From assembly GCF_009914755.1 (NCBI RefSeq), contig NC_060933.1: a stretch of DNA of 64,000 bases, one strand, 5' to 3'. Below, piece after piece: positions 20,931 to 33,328 of this stretch. The DNA is from the human T2T-CHM13v2.0 reference genome, Homo sapiens. A program made the translations under genes and the position numbers. How positions within the stretch are numbered: the stretch's first letter is position 1; each line of letters starts with the position of its first letter. The notes beneath the pieces are model-generated. The model made no database searches and was not told where the DNA came from. It was given only the letters and a program-made list of their open reading frames with translations.

Positions 20931-21207
20931 TTTTTTAATTTTATAATGAAAAATAGTATTTGTTGTATTGTGTCCATACCATACAAACTGCCTTAGTAAT
21001 AATGCCTTATTCATTAAAGAAAATATAATCTTTGAACAGAAGTGGTATGTAATTAAAGTTCAGGTAACCTTTATATACCATTAATTTTGTAAAGTTCATT
21101 ATTCATACTAGATTCTTGTTTTTTATGTTTACTTTTGATAATAGGTAGACATTATAACATCTAAGTTCTAAAATATCACAGATTATTTTTATTTTATTGA
21201 AATATAT

Positions 21208-21492
21208 GGAGTGGGTGCAGTGGCTCACACCTGTAGTCCCAGAATTTGGGGACACTGAGGTGTGCAGATTGCTTGAGCCCAAGAGTTTGAAACCAGCCAT
21301 GGCACCATGGCAAAACCCCATTTCTACAAAAAATACAAATATTAGCCCAGCATGGTGGCGTGTGCCTGTAGTCCCAGCTATTCAAGAGGCTGAGGTGAGA
21401 GGATCACTTGAGCTTGGGAGATTCAAGGCTGCAGTGAGCTGTCATTGCGCCACTGCACTCCAGCCTGGGTGACGGGGAGATCGTGTCTTAAA
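21208..21492 (+). mobile_element. Alu (AluJ-like)
   Basis: Dimeric Alu, short tail. Confidence 0.92.
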
Positions 21493-21821
21493 ATTTTTTT
21501 TTTTTAACATATGGAAATTATATTAAACCGTTTGTAGCCCAGTAATTGTATCCTTTAAAATGGAATTTTTAAATTTACTCATGAGTTCAGAAACTGTTAT
21601 TTAAAAGTCACAATTTGTAGAGTATTTTGCCAAGGCAATAGAAACAATGAGGTGGTTTCTTCCTGCCCAATATTTATAATTTAATTTGGGACAGATGCTG
21701 ATGAGAGTATAGATGCTTCCTGTATGTTATAGTGTGAAAACAGGATACTGTCTGTAAGGAATACAAGCAGTTTCTCTATGCCAGTAGGAAAAAAAAAATG
21801 CTTTATTTAAAAATAGTAAGG

Positions 21822-22110
21822 AGACCAGGTGCCTGCCTGTAATCCCAGCACTTTGGGAGGCTTAGGCGAGAGGATCGCTTGAGCCCAGGAATTCAAGACC
21901 AGCCTGGGCAACATAGTAAGATCTCATCTCTGCTAAAAATAAGAAAATTAGCTGGTTGTGGTGGTGCACGCCTGTAGTCCTAGCTACTTGGGACACTGAG
22001 GTGAGAGAATCCCTCTGAGCCCAGGAGTTTGAGTTTACAGTGAGCTAAGATCTGCACTCCAGGATGGACAAGAGAGGGAGACCCTGTCTCAAAAAATAAA
22101 TAAATAAATA
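21822..22110 (+). mobile_element. Alu (AluJ-like)
   Basis: Dimeric Alu with (TAAA)n tail; 'aaaaatagtaagga' repeated on both flanks. Confidence 0.92.
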
Positions 22111-25100
22111 TGTACATATGTAAAATAAAAATAGTAAGGATAGTTAGACTAATTAGATGCTAAAGATACCAACTTTTAAATTTATTTCAGTGTCATTGTG
22201 GAAAATTTTGAAGCTTTTGGGTTTTTGTTAAACTTATAAATCTCACTTACACGCAGCGTTTTTGAACTCAAAGTTTAGTGAAGTATAGATGCATCCTCAG
22301 TTTTCTAATGGTTTTCTTCTGACATAGGAAGAGAACCTGAACTATTGTTAACTTTGTTTACCGATTACATCTGAATTGCATTCCTCTGTTGTTCAATGAG
22401 CAGTGTTTTGTGGGATATGCTTAGATAAATAAATTCATGTAAAAATTACTTATAGTTCAATTAAATGTTTGATTTGGTAGCCAAAGAGTATGGAATCATA
22501 GTCTTGATCAGTGTGAAATTATAGGTTAACGTCATCAACATAAAAACCAAGATTCTAAGTCATCCTTGAACTTCAAGGTAATTTTCAGAGACCCTTGAGA
22601 TTATGTGTTAGAGATAGGGATGAAAAATTGATTTTATCTTTTATTCCAACCCAAATTTAGTAGCAGTAAATGCCTGCAGCACCATGGTAAGAAGGACTGC
22701 AAAGCTTTCAGGCTTTTCAGGAAAGAACACTCTAGTACTGGCTACCTTGGAGTTTAAGGAGACTTACTTTTGACCATTTTGAGGGCCTTAGCACAGAACT
22801 ACTCTTGGTCCTAGCTGGTTAGACAAGCCTAGCTTTTCTATGATCCTCCAAATGGGATCTGAATAATCCAGTTATCATGTTAGCATTGAAGATAAAGAAC
22901 TAGTATATTATATTTATTGGGTCTACTAAAATTTCATAGACGGGTAGAATTGACTCTTCAGATTCCAGAACAACCCTTCAGGTCTTGGATATACAAACTC
23001 CTTTAGTGTAGTGTCCTTGTGAGCATTGTCTGTGGGCGCCAACTTTCAAGTAGTTGGCTTGCAGCTCACACCAGAATGGAAAGGACATGTTTCTAGGACC
23101 CTGAAGAGAATTTTCATTGTTCACTGTTTTTATGCAACCAACAGGATAGTATGATAATTGTGTGTGTTCATTTAATCCGTATTTATTGATCACTCGTCTT
23201 ACACAGTGTACTTAGGAATACAGAGATAAATAGAACACAGGCCCTACTCATGAAACTCATAATTTGATAGACATGGCAGTATCAATAATTTTTGAGTTTG
23301 GGCACTACATAGTCCTCATGCAATTGTTTGGCTTTCAGCAAGTCACTTTGAGCACCAGTTTCTTTAAATGGGTCTAATGGCAACATTGCTGGTTGAGATA
23401 ATGTATGTGATATGTCTCACTTAGTGTCTGATACATGGTAGATGATAACTATCAGTAGCTTACATTTTCTAGTACTTTTAAGGTTTACATTGCAGTTTGA
23501 CAAGTAAAATTGTATTAAATTCTTATAGTGTCCCTATAAGCTTATATTTTTTACTTTTTCATAAACCAAGTTAACTGGGGTCCAGATATGTTAAGTTTCT
23601 TAAGTTCAAGATTGCCAATCAGGTCCTAAAACTTGTATTTATTCATACAGCTATTCCAACATGTAAATATAAATTTGTTCAAAAGAAATGAGTGATAAGA
23701 TATGAAATGAGATGGCTTTAAGGAATGCCGTAGCACAACAGAAAATCGTCAAATATTGATGCCTATGTGGAGGGAAGACAAAGCCAATGAACTATGTTTG
23801 TATTAGGCACTGAGTGATCCAAGCCTTTTTATTGTTCTTGACTTAGTCCAATGAGCAGCACCAGTGCCTGCAGTAATCAGCTGTTTGTATTATCTAGGAG
23901 CCCACTTATAGAATTGGGTGCTGAGATATCTTATTTTGCATTCTATTTAGTAGCCTATGTATGTTTGGTTAGAAGGAGGGAGGAGGGAGTTGAAAGGGGA
24001 GTTTGGATTTCAAGTTTGGCAGTAGTCATTCACAGTGAGCAATTTTATATGCCATTATTAGAAATGGAAATCAGTCTTGTAGCCATTTAGATCATGTGCA
24101 ACAAAGGCTTTTGAATATTTTTAGTTGGTTAGTTACTTGCTAAAATTATGCAAGAAATATGATTTTCCCTTTATCTTTTTTCACTTTTGGGCTTCTTCCA
24201 TTTTGCCTTCAAGGATAACATATAGGTCATTTCTGGAGGAAGAATATTATATTTGATAGCTTGATCCAATGTGGTAAACTTTAATAAATACTACTGCCCC
24301 ACTTCTTCTATCACCCTCTCACTCCTGCTATTATCCAGGAGAAATGTGATATAATTTCTTTCATTAGAATTGAAGGGTGTTTTTATAGTCTTTCCATTTT
24401 TTCATTTATTCTCAAACATTAGGCTGTGTAGGTTTGTAGGTTTTCTGGCCAGTTTTGATTATTAAGAATCACAGCTTTTCTACCATTTAAGGTCACATTT
24501 ATGAGTGATTCACTAATAAATCTAAGAACTGCAGTGGCTTGGGAGTAAATATAAGAGAAATGTTTCTACTGAAAAGAGAAACACTGAGAGGCAGAAGTGG
24601 AAGGCTATCTGGAGGGTTGTGGAATTGGCAATGGTCAGTGTTTCTGATCCTTAGGTTTGCAAGCTTATAAGCAATTGAAAAAGACAGTTATTGAAGACTT
24701 AATTTTTTCTGAAAGTACAACTGTTTGATTCTATATGAGCATAATTAATGATCATGCTGAATTAGGAATTTGGTTTGAGGGTTTCTATAAGAAACACTGT
24801 TGGATACTGCATTTCAAAAATGATAGAATTTTTTCTTAAATCTTCACCTCCTACTTTCTGGATGCTTTTTCTTTGATAATATATCTTTATTTGACCCAGT
24901 TATCACTAGAGTTCAGTTGCTACCAGACTTTTCCTACCAGTTGTTGTTGGCATCTGATTCCATCTGTTTACTCATTTATTCATTTCCCGTAAATTTTTAC
25001 TCCAAATATCCCATAGGCAGTGTGTCAGAATATTTTTTTTTAACCAGTTGACTTTACATGGCATTTCTTTCAGAACATTCTGCCATTCATTTGTCAAGTA

Positions 25101-25730
25101 TTTGTTGAAAGCTTACTGTGTGCCAAGCACAGTAATAGGCTATGAAACAAATGATCAGTGAAGTTCAATCCTTATGTCTAGGAACTCACAAATTGGGAAA
25201 TTTGGGGGATGAAGGGGAGAGAGGTTAAGAAACATAAAGAGACATATAAGCAAACAATAACAATACATGTTACCTCTTTTTTCAAAGCACACTTCATAAC
25301 TTTTCTGTTCTCTAGTATCTAGCCTTTGTAATCTTTCTTCTGTACTGTTGTCAGAGATATTTTTCTTAGATGCAGATCTGATCCAAGTTATTCTCTGCAT
25401 AGTATACCTATGGAATAAGAACCAAACTTCTTAGCATAGCATGCTGGATATACTGTTTGCTCTCCAAATTCTCTCTTTACCATACTCTGTTCTTGGGGAG
25501 GCAGACCTTTATGGATTATATTAGCTGAGCTCCCTTGCCCTTTGGTTTCCTGTTGGGTTTAGCCAATGGGATACGGCTGGAGATTGCAAACTGGAAAGAA
25601 AGAGAGGTCAGATTATTTATTCTCTTGGTTCTCTACTTGTAGGGTCATTGGTTGACAGTGACTGCATCTTCCTGTATAGCTACAGTTGCAGCCACTGTAG
25701 CTGCCACTGAGTGCCAATAACTCTTGCTCT

Positions 25731-26245
<515 letters not shown>

Positions 26246-26761
26246 ATGTCCTTAACCTTGACCCTTCAAGCTTAGGTAAGTATAAGGTTTACAGGGAAGA
26301 GAGACTACTGAATAACATACTTGGGAAGGCTATTAATGAATATTTCATGGATGAAATAATAATTTGAGTTGGTGTTGTAGGATGAGGAGTTCTTCAGGTG
26401 AAGAAGGATAGAAAGGTCATTACAAATAGAAGACACAGCCTGTTCAAAGGGAATGAGTATTTTGATGTCTACAGTGAAGCATACTAGGTAGAAAACAAAG
26501 AAAATACAAAAGTCCTGCGGCAGGAATATGTCTGTCAGTTTTGAGAACAGCATAGAGATCAATGTGGCTGTAGACAAATGAGTGATGGGGAGAATAGTAG
26601 GTAAGGTTAGAGTTTCCTGTTACTTAGGGTCTTGTAAGCCGTTGTAAGGACTTTGACCTTTTATCCTGAGTGAGACTGGGAAACAGGAAGGTTTTGAGCT
26701 ATGTGGACATGATCTGACTATTGTTTTAAAACAAGTAGTCTGGCCACTTTGATGAGAATAG

Positions 26762-27120
26762 ATTGGCTGTGTTGCCACCCAAATCTCATCTTTAATTGTA
26801 GCTCCCATAATTCCCATGTGCTGGGGGGGGACCTGGTGGGAGATAATTGAATCATGGGGGTGGCTTCCCCCATACTGTTCTTGTGGTAGCAAATAAGTCT
26901 CATGAGAGCTGATGATTTTATAAGGGGAGATCTGATGATTTCTCCTTTTGCTTGATTCTGATTTTCTCTTGTCTGCTGCCATGTAAGATATACCTTTCAC
27001 CTTCTGCCATGATTGTGAGGCCTCCCCAGCTACTTGGAACTGTGAGTTCATTAAACTTCTTTTGTAAGTTGCCCAGTCTCAGGTATGTCTTTATCAGCAA
27101 CGTGAAAATGGACTAATACA
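26762..27120 (+). mobile_element. THE1-type MaLR solo LTR
   Basis: 'ttggctgtgttgccacccaaatctcatc...cagtctcaggtatgtctttatcagcaacgtgaaaatggactaataca'. Confidence 0.9.
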
Positions 27121-27417
27121 CAGAGAGACCAGTTAGAAGGCTATTCTAGTAATTTACACAAGAGATGATAATGATTTGGACAAGAGAGTTGATGGTAGAG
27201 TTGGTGAGAAATGGAAAGTACAGTATTCAGGATTTGTTGATGGATTCGATGTAGGGTATTAGAGTGACAGAAGCGAGTCAAGGATAACTCTAGTATTTTT
27301 GTCCTAAGTAATTGCAATGGCAAATTGCTGTTTACTGAGATGGATGAGACTGGGAAGAGCAAGTTTGAGGAATGGTGAAAATCAGGAGTTTTTTTGTACG
27401 TGTTAAGTTTAAGGTGC

Positions 27418-30116
27418 TATGTTAATCTGTTCTTTCATTGCTGTAAAGAAATATCTGAGGCAGGGTAATTTATAAAGAAAAGAGGTTTAATTGGCTCATG
27501 GTTCTGCAGGCTGTAGAGGAAGCATGATGCTAGCATCTGCTCAACTTCTGGGGAGGCCTCAGGAAACTTAAATCGTGGCAGCAGGTGAAGGGGGAGCCCG
27601 CACCTCACATGGCCAGAGCAGGAGGAAAAGAGAGAGTGGGGAGATGCTACACACTTTTAAACAACCAGATCTTAGGGGAACTCACTCACTCCCTATCACA
27701 AGAATAGCACCAAGAGGATGGTGCTAAACCATTCATGACAAACTGTCCCCACAATCCAATTACCTCCCACCAGGCCCCATTTCCAACACTGGGGATTACA
27801 ATTTGACATGAGATTTGGTGGGGACACAGATCTAAACCATATTATTCTGCCCCTGGCCCCTCACACCTCATGATCCTTTCACATTGCGAAATACAATCAT
27901 GCCTTCCCAACAGTCCTTCAAAGTCTTAACTTATTCCAACATTAACTCAATAGTTCAAAGTCTCATCTGAGACAAGGCAAGCCCCTTCCACCTATGAGCC
28001 TGTAAAATAAAAAATTAGTTAGTTACTCCCAAGATTCGATGGGGGTATAGTCATTGGGTAAATACTCCTGTTCCAAAAGGGAGAAATTGGCCAAAAGAAA
28101 GGGGCTACAGGCCCCATGCAAGCCCCAAACCCAGCAGGTTACTCATTAAGTCTTAAAACCCCAAAATTTGACTCCATGTCTCATGTCCAGGGCACACGGG
28201 GGTGGGCTCCCAAGGCCTTGGGCAGCTCAGACCCTGTGGCTTTGCAGGGTTCAGCCCCCACAACTGCTCTCATGGGCTGACATTGAGTGCCTGCAGCTTT
28301 TCCTGGTGTACCATGCAGGTTACTGGTGGATCTACCACTTTGGGGTCTGGAGGACTGTGGCCCTCTTCTCACAGCTCCAGTAGGCAGTGCCCCAGTGGGG
28401 GCTCTCTGTGGGAGCTTCAACCCTGCATTTCCCTTCCACACTATTCTAGTAGAGTTCTCCATGAGGGCTCCATTAGCAGCAAGCTTCTGCCTGGACATCC
28501 AGGCTTTTCCATACATCCTCTGAAATCTAGGCAGAGGCTCTTAAGCCTCAACTCTTGCACTGTGTGCACCTGCTTACAGCTTGCACCCTCTGAAGCAGCC
28601 TCAGCTATACCTGTGCCCCTTTGAGCCATGGCTGGAACTAGAGCAGCTGGAATGCAGGGAGCAGTGTCTTGAGGCTACTCAGGGTGGCAGGCACTGGGCG
28701 TAGCCCACCAAACTATTCTTCCCTCCTACGTCTCCAGGCCTGTGATGGGAGGGGCTACCTCCAAGGTCTTTGAAATGCCTTCAAAGCCTTTTCCCCATTT
28801 TCTTGGCGAATGCAAATTTCTGCAGCCTGCTTGAATTCCTCCCCTGAAAATAGACTTTTCTTTTCTATCACATGGCCAGGCTGCAAATTTTCCAAACATG
28901 TATGCCCTGCTTCCCTATTAAATATGTTCCAATTTTATGTCATTTCTTTGCTCACACATATGAGCATAGGTTGTTAGAAGCAGCCAGGCCAGATCTTGAA
29001 CTCTTTGCTGCTTAGAAATTTCTTCTGGGTTGGGCATGGTGGCTCATGCCTATAATCTCAGCACTTTGGTAGGCCGAGTTGGGTGGATCACAAGGTCAGG
29101 AGTTCGAGATCAGCCTGGCCAATATGGTGAAACCCTGTCTCTACTAAAAATACAAAAATTAGCTGGGTGTGGTGATGGGTGCCTGTAATCCTAGCTACTC
29201 AGAAGGCTGAGGCAGGAAAATTGCTTGAAACTGGATAGCAGAGGTTGCAGTGAGCCACGATCATACCACTGCAATCCAGCTTGGGCAACAAGAGTGAACT
29301 CTGTCTCAAAAAAAAGAAAAAAAGAAATTTCTTCTTCCAGGTACCCTAAACTATCACTCTCGAGTTCAGAGTTTCACAGATCTCTAGGGCCAGGGCACAA
29401 TGCAGCCAGGTTGTTTGCTAAGGCATAACAAAAGTGACTTTTTGCTTCACCTCCCAATACATTCCTGATTTCCATCTGAGACTTCCTTAGCCTGGGCTTC
29501 ATTGTCCATATCACTATAAGCATCTTGATCACAACCATTCAACAAGTCTCTAGGAAGTTTCAAATTTTCCCTCATCTTCCTGTCTTCTTCTGAGCCCTCC
29601 AAACTTTCCCTCTGCCTATTACCCAGTTCCAAAGTTACTTCCACATTTTCAGACACCTTACAGCAACACTGCTTTCCTGGTACCAATTTTCTGTAGTTAG
29701 TCTGTTCTCGAATTGCTATAAAGAAACACCTAAGACTGGGTAATTTATAAAGGAAAGTTTAATTGTCTCATTGTTCTAGAGGCTGTACAGGAAGCATGAT
29801 ACTGGCATCTGCTTGGCTTCTGTGGAGGCCTCAGGAAACTTAGAATCATGGCAGAAGGTGAAGGCGGAACCAGCACTTCATATGGCTGGAGCAGGAAGAA
29901 GAGAGAGAGGGAGGAGGTGCTACAGTCTTTTAAACAGTTAGATCTCAGGATAACTCACTCACTCATTATCACAAGAACAGCACCAAAGGGATGGTGCTAA
30001 ATCCGTCACGAGAAACTGTTTACATGATACAGTCACCTCCCACCAGGTACTGCCTCCAACACTGGGGATTACAATTCAGTATGAGATTTGGTGGGGCACA
30101 GATCCAAAGCACATCA
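27418..30116 (-). mobile_element. Complete MST-type MaLR element (LTR-int-LTR) with 5-bp TSD GGTGC
   Basis: LTRs 27418-27844 and 29692-30116; polypurine tract next to the left LTR; GGTGC at 27413-17 and 30117-21. Confidence 0.9.
29028..29322 (+). mobile_element. Alu (AluSg/Sc-like) nested in MST internal region
   Basis: TSD AGAAATTTCTTCT at 29014-29026 and 29323-29335. Confidence 0.95.
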
Positions 30117-31146
30117 GGTGCCTATTTGACATTCAAATGAAGAAGGTGAATAGACAATTGGCTATATAAGTCTGGGTAGAGTGGGTTGGGAGTACAAATG
30201 GAGTGTTGTAAGCATATAGATGGTGTCTAAAGCCATATGACTAGATGAGATACTAAGGAAGTGAATATAGATTTTTAAAGGGGGAGAAAGAAAGTGCCAA
30301 CATCTGAGGTTTGGGACCCTCCAACACATCAGGGAAGTAGGAAGAACTGACAAGTTAAAGAAGCAGCCAGAGAGAAACAGAGAAAAAACAGAAATATGGT
30401 GATACAGAGAGCTAAGTGAATGAAGTGTTTCAGTGAGGCAGAGGTTGTCAACAATTCTTGGTATATCAAATAAGATAAGTATTGATAATTGACCGTTGGA
30501 TTTAGCAATGTTCAGGTCATTGGTGATCTTGATGATGCTCAGCAGAGTGAATTTAAAATGAAGTGAGTTCATGGGAGGAGAGGAATTGGAGGCAATGAGA
30601 AGAGACAACCCATTAGGAGTTTTGCTGTAATGGGGGACAGAAAGTTGTTCTTTGGGAAAAGAGGAGTTGAGAAGTTTTTGTGTTTTGTTTTAATTATTAG
30701 TGTTTTAAGATGGAATAAATAATAGTCATGTTTGTATACTGATGGGAATGATCCATCAGAGAAAGAAAAATTGCTGGAGCAATGTCTTTGTCCAGTCAAG
30801 GGGGGATGGGATTTAGTGCATAAGTGGAGAGGCTGGCCTTAGATAGGAACATAGACAATTCATCTGTTATGACAGAAGGGAAGGTGTATTATATGGATAT
30901 AATTCTTGTACAGTAGGTGGGAAGATGTGGTGGGGGTTTTTGAAAATTATTTTCAAATTTCTTTTTTCTCAGTGAAATAGAAAGCAATGCCATAAGTTGA
31001 AAGATAGGATAGGGAGGTGTTAGAAAAAAGGGGGAAAAGTCATCTAGGAGAATGAGACAGTTAATACACAAGGGGAATGTAGTATGATTTCTGGGCAGAA
31101 TTAAAGCCCCACTTGGGATTAGTAGTCATGAATTTAAATTGACATC

Positions 31147-31437
31147 AGCCAGATATGGTGTCTCACACCTGGAATCCCAGCACTTTGGGAGGCGGAAGCA
31201 AGTGGATCACTTGAGATCAGCCTAGGCAATATGGTGACAACCTGTCTTTATGAAAAATACAAAAATTAGCCAGGTGTGGTAGTGCATGCCTCTATAGTTT
31301 CAGCTGCTAGGAAGACTGAGGTAGGAGTATCACTTGAGTCTGGGAGGTTGAGGCTGCAGTGAGCCGTGATCACGCCACTGCACTCCAGCCTGGGCAACAG
31401 AGACCCCTGTCTCATTAATAATAGTAATAATAATAAA
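31147..31437 (+). mobile_element. Alu (AluJ-like) with (TAA)n tail
   Basis: Diverged dimeric Alu with small left-arm deletion. Confidence 0.9.
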
Positions 31438-31574
31438 GTGATATCAGTCAGCAGCCACATTAGCTGCACAGTTGCAGGTGCAGAATAAGTAGAAAGTTGG
31501 CCTTTGCTGAGCAAATAAAATGAAGTCAGATGGAGGAAAGTTGTCAGTGTATACAAGAGAATGATTGTGAAACA

Positions 31575-32015
31575 TGAATATTTCCGATTGCATTTTTCAT
31601 AATAGCCAAAAGCTGGAAATAACCTAAATGTTCATCAACTAATGAATGAATATACAATGGAATATTAGCCATAAAAGGAAATGAAGTACTGATACATGCC
31701 ACAGCATGAATGAACTTTGAAAACATCATGCTTAGTGAAAAACCAGATGTAAAAGGCCACATATATGATTCCATTTTTATGTAGTGTCCATAATGGGCAA
31801 ATCCACAGAGAAGATAATTAGTGTTATGATTGGGGCTGAGTGGAGGAGGAAAGGGGAGTGGCTGTTAATAGGAACATAGTTTCTTTTTGGAGTGATTAAA
31901 ACATTCTGGAATTAGATAGTGGTAATAGTTGCACAACTCTAAACATACTAAAAATCACTTTAGAAAGGCAGATTTTATGGTATGTGAATTATATCTCAAT
32001 AAAGCTATATAAAAA
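31575..32015 (+). mobile_element. Old L1M 3' end fragment
   Basis: 'cataatagccaaaagctggaaataacctaaatgttcatcaac...gtgaattatatctcaataaagct'. Confidence 0.8.
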
Positions 32016-33268
32016 TAACATGCTAGCTCACTAGAAATTTGCTTATCCCAAACTCAACAAATTGAACAGCTCAGAAATATAGCTGAGCTGTATTTGTAAT
32101 CAACTAATGTAGGACTAAGGTGAACAAGTAGCTGTATTACAATGTTTGCAGTCTCTTTTCAGGTTTCAAGATTACAGTTGTTTTTTTCTCAGACATCCCT
32201 TAGTATTAAAATGTTATTGGCTAAGTTGCAGAGCTTGTGAGGAGAGACCAATTCTGGCTCAGTCTTAATTACTTAGTATCTTCATCTCTCCATCCCTTCC
32301 TCTCCCCTTCCAATTAACAAACCTTTACTAAGCTATAAAAATCATCAAGCACTATCCTAGGTGCTACTGGTTATACAAAGATGGATTGGACTTTGTCCCT
32401 CCCCTTGAATGTGAGGTTTAATGGGGAAATGAGGTTTAGGAACTTGGAGCACATTTCATTTTTAGGGTGAGACTACTCTAATCGTTCTTCAGCATCCTCC
32501 CATCTATAGCTTATAGATAACGTATGCACTCAAGGCATAAGAAACTTATTTGGATCTTCATTACGCTTGAAACATTCTTCCTTTTGTCTCTAGAACATCA
32601 GACATTCTTTCTCCTCTTACTCTAAAGTATTTTGGGGCTACCAGATGAAAACTCATAATAATTTTCTTCTGATGCTCTAGACCTGAAATATCTTTTATAA
32701 AAACTTCAACATTCAAAATTACGATGTATGTTAGGCAAAGCGTGCATACTGGTGCTATCTGCAAAACAAATAATAATGTTTACCTTGCAGGATTGTTGTG
32801 AGGGATCAATGAGTATACATAATTGATATATGGAAGTGTCAAACACACGAGCTCTTCAATAAACATTAGTATACTTTATCACTTTGCCAAAGTCTACAAA
32901 CACTAATTTTATATATGGCAATATGTTGAGATTGCAGATATAGACATAGACCTTAACAGACAAACCCTAATTCCAAAGAGTTTGCCATTCATTGATGGAA
33001 ATTAATTGGTTCAGAGATGTTGACCATGTCTACCTTATTATTTAATAACTTAATTAACTTACTACAAATCTATCGATGTTTTCCATCTTGGATTTTTATA
33101 TCATAAAAATGTAGAATTCTTAGCTCATGACTATATGAAAAATAGATATTTGATAATGCTTTTTAATGATTATAAGCTAATTATATTTTGAATCTCATGC
33201 CTAACTGAAATGTAATGTTGCATGCTGGACTTTGAATTTACTAAAAAGTTCTTTTGTTGTCTTCCTAG

Positions 33269-33328
33269 AATGGAGCTGGTTTGTCAAAATCCAAAGGAAG
33301 CCGAATTGGATTTGATAGCACACAGTGG
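33269..33328 (+). CDS. FKTN: Fukutin exon c.106-165 (aa 36-55)
   Basis: cttcctag|AAT GGA GCT...CAG TGG|gtatgt = [20 protein letters not shown]. Confidence 0.97.

Larger units (their letters stand above)
26320..31140 (-). mobile_element. Long LINE-2 remnant interrupted by THE1 LTR and MST element
   Basis: L2-like text at ~26320-26760, 27121-27412 and 30122-31140 (e.g. 'ggatttagcaatgttcaggtcattggtgatcttgatga'). Confidence 0.7.
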
